DNA of 64,000 bases from an uncultured Acidobacteriota bacterium (lineage in GTDB: Bacteria > Acidobacteriota > Vicinamibacteria > Vicinamibacterales > UBA2999). The notes beneath the pieces were generated by a model. That model saw only the letters and a list, made by a program, of their open reading frames with translations, searched no databases and had not been told where the DNA came from. Both the position numbers and the translations under genes were made by a program. The stretch is taken from contig CAWJEM010000024.1 in the NCBI GenBank assembly GCA_963841905.1, positions 384,017 to 448,016 of the forward strand, in the 5' to 3' direction. This document shows, one piece after another, positions 9,823 to 17,367 of this stretch. The stretch's first letter is position 1; each line of letters begins with the position of its first letter.

Positions 9823-11343
9823 ATGCGCGGCAGAGGTGAGGCGATGGCGTCGAGACGCGATTTTGTGAAGACGATGGCGATCACGGGCGCGGGCTGGACG
9901 ATCGTTCCGCGACATGTTCTCGGCCGTGGCCAGACGCCGCCCAGCGACCGCCTGAATATCGCCGGCGTTGGCGTTGGCGGCATGGGCAAGATCAACCTCC
10001 TCAACCTCGCCACGCCCAACAACATCGTGGCGCTCTGCGATGTCGACTGGAACGTTGCCGGACGCGCCTGGGAGACGCTCGACGCCGACCTCAAGCGCGA
10101 GCAGGAGCGGCTGCCGAAGGTCACTGACGAGACGGCTCGCAAGAACAGTCTCGAGCGCATCGAGTCGCTGAAGAAGATCATCGCCCAGGATCTGCCGCGG
10201 ATGCAGCGACACACTGACTTCCGCGAAATGCTCGAGAGGCAAAAGGACATCGACGCCGTGGTCGTCGCAACGCCCGATCACACACATGCGGTCGTGGCCA
10301 TGGCGGCGCTGGAGGAAGGCAAGCATGTGTACGTTCAGAAACCACTGACGTGGTCCGTGGACGAAGCACGCCGCCTTGCCGCAAAGGCCAAGCAGACGAA
10401 GGTGGCCACCCAGATGGGCAACCAGGGTCATTCGTGGGACGACGGCCGGCGGGTCGTGGAATGGATCCAGGCCGGCGCCATCGGCGACGTGCGCGAGGTC
10501 CACGTGTGGACCAACCGTCCACTCGCCTACTGGCCGCAGGGCATCCCGCGCCCTCAGCCACAAAGAATCGCGACAGAGCTGCGATGGAACATGCCAGGGG
10601 TCATGGCGCGACTGGCAAACGCCATGGGCCTGTACTCGGTGCCCGAGAAGCTCCAGTGGGATCTCTTCATCGGGCCGGCGCCGCCGGTGGAGTATCACCC
10701 TGTGTATCACCCGTTCAATTGGCGCGGGTGGGCCGATTGGGGCGTCGGCGCCATCGGCGACATGGGGGCGCATCTCATCGATCATGCGTTCTGGGCGCTC
10801 GATCTCGGCTATCCAACGACCGTTGAAACCGTCTCGACGCCATTCGACAAGGCGTGCTTCCCCATGGCGACCACGACCTATTTCGAGTTTCCCGCACGAG
10901 GGTCGATGCCACCGGTCAAGCTCACGTGGTATGACGGCGGGCTGCTGCCGCCCAAGCCGGAGGAAATCGGTGAGGAGTCGCTCAACGCGACGGGTGGCGC
11001 ACTGCTCGTCGGATCAAAGGGGAAGTTGATTTACGACACGTACGGTTCCAACGCCCGACTGCTCCCGAAGTCGTTGCAGGACGCTGTTGGACCGCCGGTG
11101 CAGAAGCTGCCGCGCATCGCAACCAGTCATGAGTTGAACTGGTCGGACGCAGCGAAGGGGAAAGGCGAGGCGTCCACGCCCTTCGAGTACGCCGCGCGCC
11201 TGACCGAGGTCATGCTGTTGGGCATCGTCGCCCTGCGAGCCGGGACCAAGATCCATTACGACGGCGCGAAGATGAAGGTCACCAACAGTGCCAACGCCAA
11301 CGACTATTTGAGGCGGGAATATCGGCGCGGTTGGAATCTGTAG
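9823..11343 (+). CDS. Gfo/Idh/MocA family oxidoreductase with twin-arginine signal
   Basis: 506-aa ORF. The Tat leader [18 protein letters not shown] makes ATG 9844 the likelier start. Rossmann motif GVGVGGMGK. Confidence 0.85.
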   Translation: MRGRGEAMASRRDFVKTMAITGAGWTIVPRHVLGRGQTPPSDRLNIAGVGVGGMGKINLLNLATPNNIVALCDVDWNVAGRAWETLDADLKREQERLPKVTDETARKNSLERIESLKKIIAQDLPRMQRHTDFREMLERQKDIDAVVVATPDHTHAVVAMAALEEGKHVYVQKPLTWSVDEARRLAAKAKQTKVATQMGNQGHSWDDGRRVVEWIQAGAIGDVREVHVWTNRPLAYWPQGIPRPQPQRIATELRWNMPGVMARLANAMGLYSVPEKLQWDLFIGPAPPVEYHPVYHPFNWRGWADWGVGAIGDMGAHLIDHAFWALDLGYPTTVETVSTPFDKACFPMATTTYFEFPARGSMPPVKLTWYDGGLLPPKPEEIGEESLNATGGALLVGSKGKLIYDTYGSNARLLPKSLQDAVGPPVQKLPRIATSHELNWSDAAKGKGEASTPFEYAARLTEVMLLGIVALRAGTKIHYDGAKMKVTNSANANDYLRREYRRGWNL

Positions 11344-11385
11344 AAAAACCTGCGGCGTCAAGTGGGGGCGACGGAGATCCACGCA

Positions 11386-11441
11386 GCCACGAAGGTCACG
11401 AAGCCCTCAAGAACAAGTCATGTTCTTCGTGTCTTCGTGGC
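11386..11441. repeat. Inverted tandem-repeat hairpin (CACGAAG units) between convergent genes
   Basis: GCCACGAAG GTCACGAAG ... AAGAACA-AGTCA-TGTTCTT ... CTTCGTGT CTTCGTGGC. It lies between stops at 11343 and 11464. Confidence 0.8.
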
Positions 11442-11463
11442 GTCGTCGTGAGTTCTTAATCGT

Positions 11464-12171
11464 CTAGAGCGGCCGGATCTTGATGTTTCGGTACCAGACC
11501 GGGTCGCCGTGATCCTGGAGCGCGATGTGGCCGCGCTTGCTGCGGCCATACATCGGGATCTTGCCGAACTTGCTCGCCTTCACGCGCGCTTCCCAGTCGG
11601 GACTCCACAGCTCGTAATCGACGATCTTCACGCCGTTCATCCAGTGCTCGACGTGAGAGCCCTTGACGAGCAGCCGCACGGTATTCCATTCCCCGACGGG
11701 CTTGGTGACATCGCGAACCGGTGGGTGCACGGCGTAATTCGATCCCGCCGACGTGATCGGGTCCTTGCCGTCCCGATGCACGGCGTTATCGAGGACCTGC
11801 ACCTCGGGTCCAGACCACCAGGCTGCGTCGCCCTCCTTGACGACGTGGAAGAAGATGCCGCTGTTGCCACCTTTGCCGAGCTTCCATTCGAGACTGAGCT
11901 CGAAGTCGCCGAATTCCTCGACAGTCAGGATGTCGCCACCCTCGGCTTCACGGGTGAGGACGCCGTCGATCGCTTTCCAACCGGTGCCCGGCGTCGGCGT
12001 CTTGAACCCCTGCCAGCCCGCCAGTGACTTGCCGTCGAAGAGCAGCTTCCAGCCCGCCTTGCGTTCCTCCGCTGTGAGACCGCCGGGAGTCTGCGCGTCC
12101 GTCATCACAAATGGCCAACCCACCAACAAGGCGACAAAGGCGACGGACAAGGCACGGAAGCACGGCAGCAC
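11464..12171 (-). CDS. DUF1080 (3-keto-disaccharide hydrolase, PF06439) domain protein
   Basis: ...GWKLLFDGKSLAGWQGF... and ...GHIALQDHGDPVWYRNIKIRPL* are family hallmarks. In the ORF track it is fused to the isomerase (11464..13011). Proposed own start is GTG 12169-12171, giving signal-like VLPCFRALSVAFVALLVGW. ATG 12115 is an alternative. Confidence 0.75.
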   Translation of the reverse strand: MLPCFRALSVAFVALLVGWPFVMTDAQTPGGLTAEERKAGWKLLFDGKSLAGWQGFKTPTPGTGWKAIDGVLTREAEGGDILTVEEFGDFELSLEWKLGKGGNSGIFFHVVKEGDAAWWSGPEVQVLDNAVHRDGKDPITSAGSNYAVHPPVRDVTKPVGEWNTVRLLVKGSHVEHWMNGVKIVDYELWSPDWEARVKASKFGKIPMYGRSKRGHIALQDHGDPVWYRNIKIRPL

Positions 12172-12232
12172 AGGAGCACGGAATAAACCATATAAAACCT
12201 TCCGTGTTTCCGTGGTTCCGTGTTTCCGTGCC
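12151..12232. repeat. Inverted tandem-repeat hairpin (CACGGAAG units)
   Basis: GGCACGGAAG CACGGCAG CACAGGAG CACGGAAT - loop AAACCATATAAAA - CCTTCCGTG TTTCCGTG GTTCCGTG TTTCCGTGCC. Confidence 0.85.
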
Positions 12233-12257
12233 TTTTCCTTGATCTCCTCCGCCAACG

Positions 12258-13129
12258 CTAGGAGTCGAGCTGCTTGCGGCAGGTACTCGAGGCATCGGGT
12301 TACCTCCTGAATGGTGTTGCCACCTTTGTACTGGTACTCGATGTTGGCGGGAATCGACCATTTCTCGTCACGAAGCAACCGGAGTATCGCACCAATGGGC
12401 GTATCGCCCTGACCGAACGGCACCGCCGGCCCCTGGTCGCGCTTTCGATCCTTGATGTGCAGCGTCAGAATCGACTCGTGATGCCGAAGCACGTAATCGA
12501 GCGCGTCGAAATTGGCAGCCGTGAAGTGACCGATGTCGAGGTTGACCTTGATCTGCGGCCCGACCTTCATCGCCTGCTCGAAATCCTGCGGCGTCGCAAA
12601 CTCGTTGGCATCAATCCGCGAGTGGTTGTGCATCCCGACCGGGAGCGCGTGACGAACGGCAACCGGCGCCACCCGCGCCACGGTCTTGATATTCGAGGAC
12701 GAGGTGATGCATGGCGCGCCGAGCGCCTTGGCCATCTCGAAGCCACGCCCGATTTCGGCGTCGGTAAAGTGCATCCCGAAAGCTGATGTTATAGGCGGAT
12801 AGAGCAATGCCCGCTTTGCTGAAGGCCTCGCCAATACGGCGGAACTCGTCGAGCGAGACGTTTTCGCGCCAGCGGCGAAGCTCTTCGCGCGAAACCCCTC
12901 GTGGCTCGACATGGGCCTGGTAGAGTTCGCAACTGTGCAGGCCGATTTTCGCGATCGCCGCGATCGCCGGCCCGATCTCCAGACCGCGAAAGCTGTAGCT
13001 CTGGACGCCAAGCGTCACACCCTTGTACTGCGCACTGGTTTCCTGAAATGCACGGACTGGCGTCCGCAATGCCGAAACGATGCCTCCGAGTGCAATCCAG
13101 TGCCATTCGCGTCGAGTCATCTGCGGCAT
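12258..13129 (-). pseudogene. Sugar phosphate isomerase/epimerase (xylose-isomerase-like TIM barrel) with the frame broken and the stop lost
   Basis: The N-terminal ORF 12611..13129 (MPQMTRREW..., GVQSYSFRGL) continues in ORF 11464..13011 (GMHFTDAEIGRGFEMAKALGAP, NLDIGHF). There is a +1 at about 12779 (AGC TTT C GGG). A second +1 at about 12283 would restore ...EYCRKQLDS* with TAG at 12258-12260. Confidence 0.75.
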
Positions 13130-13136
13130 GTGGACC

Positions 13137-14372
13137 CTACTCTACCGCAGCGCGAGCAACCGCCGGCTGGTATGTTTCGAGCCCGTCAGGACGCCACGGC
13201 AACACACGTTCCTGTTCCGCGCTCATATAGCACGCCATCAAGAGCTCGACCACTTCCAGCCCGGCGCGGAAATCCAATTCCGGTTGAACACCGTCGCGGA
13301 AGGATTGGATGAATGCACGATTCTCGTTCTCGTAGCCGTACTCGGCCGATTCATTGCCGACGATCGGCATCAGCCCCTGCTCGGCGTTCTGCTTTTCGAT
13401 CAGATCCTCGTCCACCTTGCCCTGCAGCCGCCTGGAGAAAAATACCTTGGTCGTGGTGTCGAGCGTGCTGATCGCGAGCGAATATTCAGGACCGAGCAAT
13501 TCCATCGAGAGTCGAAGGCCGGCGCCCACGTAGCTCCAGGATGTCGTGGCCTCGACTACCAGCGGCGTGCCCGCCTCGTCGACGTAACTGACGGACGCCC
13601 GCGCAAAATCCTCGGCGGGATGGCGGCCGTAGTCGATTGACGCGCCCATCATGTCCTTGAGCAGTGCGACATATTCGGGCCGCGACCACTTGAGCGTGGC
13701 AATCTGCGCCGATACCTTGACCGGCCTGATGCTGTGACGTGGGGCACTCGGCTGCGTCAACAGGTGCCGACCAACCTCGAGGCTGTGGCACATCATGTCG
13801 TTCAACACGCCGCCGCCCTGAAGGTCGCCGCGCCAGAACCAGGGCATGTGAGGACCGCCATGCTCCTCGGCCGCGCGCGCCAGGTACGGGCGCCCCGCCA
13901 GCGCGGCGCCGCGCGCCCACACAATCTCCTTTCCCCGTTCAACCCCAGGAGCAAACAACTGATTTTCGAGATACCCGTGCAGGACACCGGCACGTTCGGC
14001 CAACTCCAGCATCTTGCGAGCTTCGGTGACGTTACGTGCCAGCGGCTTCTCGCACGCGACACCAACGAGCTTGGCGCCGCGGGTCCGCGCGTGCACGATT
14101 TCCTCCATGTTGCCGACGCGCGCGTAGTTGGGACCGCAGAGCCAGATGCAGTCGATCGAAGGGTCCGCAACCATCTCGGCGATCGACGAATAGGCTTTCG
14201 CCTCTCCGACGTGCAGCGACCGGGCCAGCGCCGCCGCCTCTTCTGCGCGCGCGCGGCTCGGACTCCACACGCCGCGAACATCCGCGCCACGAACCGCCTG
14301 CCACGATCGAATGTGAAAGCGAGTGATGAAGCCACTGCCAATGAAGCCGACGCCGAGAGTCTTGTGAGGCAT
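13137..14372 (-). CDS. Gfo/Idh/MocA family oxidoreductase (cytoplasmic)
   Basis: 411 aa with the N-terminal Rossmann motif LGVGFIGSGFITRFH and no signal peptide. Confidence 0.85.
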   Translation of the reverse strand: MPHKTLGVGFIGSGFITRFHIRSWQAVRGADVRGVWSPSRARAEEAAALARSLHVGEAKAYSSIAEMVADPSIDCIWLCGPNYARVGNMEEIVHARTRGAKLVGVACEKPLARNVTEARKMLELAERAGVLHGYLENQLFAPGVERGKEIVWARGAALAGRPYLARAAEEHGGPHMPWFWRGDLQGGGVLNDMMCHSLEVGRHLLTQPSAPRHSIRPVKVSAQIATLKWSRPEYVALLKDMMGASIDYGRHPAEDFARASVSYVDEAGTPLVVEATTSWSYVGAGLRLSMELLGPEYSLAISTLDTTTKVFFSRRLQGKVDEDLIEKQNAEQGLMPIVGNESAEYGYENENRAFIQSFRDGVQPELDFRAGLEVVELLMACYMSAEQERVLPWRPDGLETYQPAVARAAVE

Positions 14373-14398
14373 GAGCGACTATAATCCCACCGCCGATT

Positions 14399-15598
14399 AT
14401 GACGTCGCCAATGGCTCGCCTCTCGATGATGATGTTCCTCGAATACGTCATCTGGGGATCGTGGCTGCCACTGCTGGCGCTGTATCTCGGTGACGTCCTC
14501 GGCTTCTCCGGCTCTCAGATCGGCTGGATCTTCGCCACCCCCGCCATCGCATGCGTCGTCGCCCTCTTCGTCGGCGGGCAACTCGCCGATCGGGTGATGT
14601 CCACGGAAAAGCTGCTGGCGGTACTGCACGTCGTCGGCGGAATCGCGATGCTGGCGCTGGCGTTCCAGACGACGTTCTGGGCCTTTCTCGTGATCATGCT
14701 CGCGTATCAACTGGCCTACATCCCGACGATGTCGTTGACCAATGCGATCGCGTTTCACCATGTGCAGGACGCGCGGAAGGATTTTGGCCGCATTCGTCTC
14801 TGGGGCACGATCGGGTGGATTGCCGCCAGCTGGCCGTTCGTCTTCATCCTGGCCGGCAAGACCGGTGAGGCGCTGGAAGCCGCGCTCTCGAGCATCTTCG
14901 TTGTCGCGGGACTGGCCTCGTTTGCACTGGCGGCGTTCTCGTTGACGCTGCCGGCGACACCACCGGGACGTGACGCGCAGGCCGCGAATGCGCCGCTCGA
15001 GGCGATCCGATTTCTGGCCGTGCCGGCCATTCTGGTGCTCTTCGTCGTGACGTTCATGGACGCGCTGGTCCACCAGGCCTACTTTCAGTTGACCAGTCCC
15101 TTTCTCGAGCGGGCCGGACTGCCGGCGAACTGGATCATGCCCGCGATGAGCATCGGGCAGATCGCCGAGATTGCGACCATGGCGGTCCTGGGCGCGGTCC
15201 TGAGCCGTTACGGCTGGCGGACGACGATGGCCGTCGGCATTGCGGCGCATGCACTCCGCTTTTTCGTGTACGCGATCGGCGATCCCCTGTGGCTGATGGT
15301 CGCCATCAACGTCGTCCACGGAATGTGCTACGCGTTTTTCTTCGCGGCGGTCTACATCTTCGTTGACGAGTATTTCCCCAAAGATTCCCGCGCCAGCGCG
15401 CAAGGGTTGTTCAACCTTCTCATCCTCGGCCTTGGGCCGTTCTTCGGCAGCCTGCTCTGGGGGCGGCTGGCCGACAGCCTGCGCACGGGATCCGGCGACG
15501 TGGACTACCAGACGCTGTTTCAGGCGCCGGCGTGGCTCGCGGTGGCGGCGATGGTGCTGTTGCTGGTGGCGTTCAGGCCTTCGGCGCGCGTGGCTTAG
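14399..15598 (+). CDS. MFS transporter, nucleoside:H+ symporter-like family
   Basis: 399 aa and about 12 TM segments. The N-terminus MARLSMMMFLEYVIWGSWLPLLALYLG...FSGSQIGWIF matches the Nuc_H_symport pattern. TATAAT at 14379-14384 sits 14 nt upstream of the ATG. Confidence 0.8.
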   Translation: MTSPMARLSMMMFLEYVIWGSWLPLLALYLGDVLGFSGSQIGWIFATPAIACVVALFVGGQLADRVMSTEKLLAVLHVVGGIAMLALAFQTTFWAFLVIMLAYQLAYIPTMSLTNAIAFHHVQDARKDFGRIRLWGTIGWIAASWPFVFILAGKTGEALEAALSSIFVVAGLASFALAAFSLTLPATPPGRDAQAANAPLEAIRFLAVPAILVLFVVTFMDALVHQAYFQLTSPFLERAGLPANWIMPAMSIGQIAEIATMAVLGAVLSRYGWRTTMAVGIAAHALRFFVYAIGDPLWLMVAINVVHGMCYAFFFAAVYIFVDEYFPKDSRASAQGLFNLLILGLGPFFGSLLWGRLADSLRTGSGDVDYQTLFQAPAWLAVAAMVLLLVAFRPSARVA

Positions 15599-15615
15599 CA
15601 ACGTGCGCGCGCAGT

Positions 15616-15693
15616 GGTCCACGGTCCACGGTAGCCACGAAGGACGAAGCAATTCCGTTGTGGGGATCTTCGTGCCTTCGTGCCTTCGTGGCC
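15616..15693. repeat. Inverted tandem-repeat hairpin (GGTCCAC / CACGAAG units)
   Basis: GGTCCAC GGTCCAC GGTAGCCACGAAG GACGAAG - loop - CTTCGTGC CTTCGTGC CTTCGTGGCC. It fills the gap between stops at 15598 and 15695. Confidence 0.85.
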
Positions 15694-15694
15694 T

Positions 15695-16996
15695 CTACTT
15701 CCCTCCGAACAAATAGTCCAAGGCGAGATTCGCCATCACCCGCACGCCGACGGGCAACGCGGATTCGTCGGCAAAGAACAGCGGCGAATGATTGGCGGGC
15801 GCTGACTTGATGTCCCGATCTCGCGGAGTTACGCCCAGGAAGAAGAACATTCCCGGCACTTTCTGCTGATAGAACGCGAAGTCCTCCGCTATGCCGGTCA
15901 GCGGCCCAACGCGCACGTTTTCAGCACCCGCGACGCGACGTAAGGTGGGCGCCATCCTCTCCGTCAGATCGGGATTGTTGATGGTGACCGGGTAGCCGAT
16001 GCCATAGCTGATTTCAACGCTGCCGCCCATCGCCTCCGCAGTCTTCGTCGCAATCTCGCGGATTCGACGATGAATGTCCTTGCGGACGTCTTCGTTGAAG
16101 GCGCGGACCGTGCCTTGCAGCTCGGCGGTCTCGGGCACGATGTTGAACCGATTGCCCGCGTTGAAGGCCCCGATCGTCACAACCGCGGGCGCTTCGGTGA
16201 TGTTCACGCTGCGACTGACGATGGTCTGCAACGACATCACGATCTGCGAGCCAATGACAACCGGATCGACACCAGCCCAGGGCACAGCGCCGTGGGTCTG
16301 TCGTCCTTTGATGCGAATCGTAAACGAGTCGGCGCTGGCCATGAACGGACCTGGTCGGTACTCGATGGTCCCGGCGTGCAGCGGAAAGACATGCAGACCG
16401 AAGACGGCATCAACCTTCGGATTGTCGAGCACGCCCTCCTTCACCATCAACTCTGCGCCACCCTGCTCACCCGCCGGCGGGCCTTCTTCGGCTGGCTGGA
16501 AGATCAGCTTGATCGTTCCGGGAAGCTGCTCTCTCATGCGCGCAAACATCGTCGCGGCGCCGAGAAGAATCGCCATGTGGTTGTCGTGTCCGCAGGCGTG
16601 CATGACACCTACTTCCTGGCCATTCCAGGTCGTCCTGACCGTGGACTTGAACGGCAGTTCCACTTGCTCGGTGACCGGCAACGCATCCAGGTCCGACCGC
16701 AGGGCGACTACCGGGCCCGGCTTGCCGCCGCGCAGCACGGCTACGACACCGGTATGAGCCACCCCGGTTTGCACCTCGTAGCCAAGCCGCTTCAATTCCT
16801 CCGCGATGATCTTCGCCGTCCGCTGCTCTCGATTCCCCAACTCGGGATGCTGATGAAAATCCCGACGCCACGTAACTACCTGCGGCATCAACTCATGCGT
16901 CAAACGGTCGATCTGCGAGGAAAGCGGATTCGCCGACTGCGCGGCGGAAAAAACCGGGATCAAACACAGGGTGAAGGCAAGAGCAGCGGCGCGCAT
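15695..16996 (-). CDS. M20 family amidohydrolase (aminoacylase/hippurate hydrolase-like)
   Basis: The real start is ATG 16996 (signal MRAAALAFTLCLIPVFSAAQS). The 95 codons upstream in ORF 15695..17281 are read-through of the 13-mer array. Motifs: HQHPELGNRE and MHACGHDNH. Confidence 0.85.
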   Translation of the reverse strand: MRAAALAFTLCLIPVFSAAQSANPLSSQIDRLTHELMPQVVTWRRDFHQHPELGNREQRTAKIIAEELKRLGYEVQTGVAHTGVVAVLRGGKPGPVVALRSDLDALPVTEQVELPFKSTVRTTWNGQEVGVMHACGHDNHMAILLGAATMFARMREQLPGTIKLIFQPAEEGPPAGEQGGAELMVKEGVLDNPKVDAVFGLHVFPLHAGTIEYRPGPFMASADSFTIRIKGRQTHGAVPWAGVDPVVIGSQIVMSLQTIVSRSVNITEAPAVVTIGAFNAGNRFNIVPETAELQGTVRAFNEDVRKDIHRRIREIATKTAEAMGGSVEISYGIGYPVTINNPDLTERMAPTLRRVAGAENVRVGPLTGIAEDFAFYQQKVPGMFFFLGVTPRDRDIKSAPANHSPLFFADESALPVGVRVMANLALDYLFGGK

Positions 16997-17020
16997 GGCG
17001 GACAATTGGTACTCAACGGG

Positions 17021-17260
17021 GGTTCTCGACGACGGTTCTCCACAGGGGTTCTTCACGAGGGTTCTCGACGAAGGTTCTCCACGACGGTTCTCGACCGGGC
17101 TGTCGCACCTTTCGTCAAGAACCGTCGTCGAACCATCGTCAAGAACCATCGTCAAGAACCATCGTCGAGAACCGTCGGGAAGAATCGTCGGGGAGAACCA
17201 TCGCTGAACAATCGTCAAGAACCTAAGTAAAGAACCCTCGTGCAGAACCGTAATGAACAC
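17021..17260. repeat. Array of 13-nt units: 6 forward (GGTTCTCGACGAN), then about 12 reverse-complement (NTCGTCAAGAACC)
   Basis: Forward units occupy 17021-17098, a spacer 17099-17110, and reverse units 17111-17260 (decaying toward the end). It lies between divergent starts at 16996 and 17368. Confidence 0.9.
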
Positions 17261-17367
17261 CCAACGCCCGAATCCGGACACCTGCGGCCGTACTCCACAA
17301 CGGAACGACGCGATGAGCGCGTATTTTCCGAGTGTGCTCTGGCACGACCCTCGCTAAGTCACTGGCC

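Noticed and set aside
9694-10785. 363-aa minus-strand ORF.
   Set aside because: It is antisense to the Tat-signal Gfo/Idh/MocA gene and has shadow-ORF composition.
13802-15652. 616-aa minus-strand ORF, the longest unassigned ORF in the track.
   Set aside because: It is Arg/Pro/His-rich with no domain logic, and it lies antisense to the well-supported Gfo/Idh/MocA and MFS genes. It is a typical shadow ORF of a high-GC genome.
16070-17230. 386-aa plus-strand ORF.
   Set aside because: It is antisense to the M20 amidohydrolase, and its 3' part is simply a translation of the 13-mer array.
17021-17260. Whether the tandem arrays here and at the other repeat sites are CRISPR arrays.
   Set aside because: The units are 7-13 nt and directly abutting, with no unique spacers, and there are no cas genes. 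The architecture is tandem or inverted repeat, not repeat-spacer.
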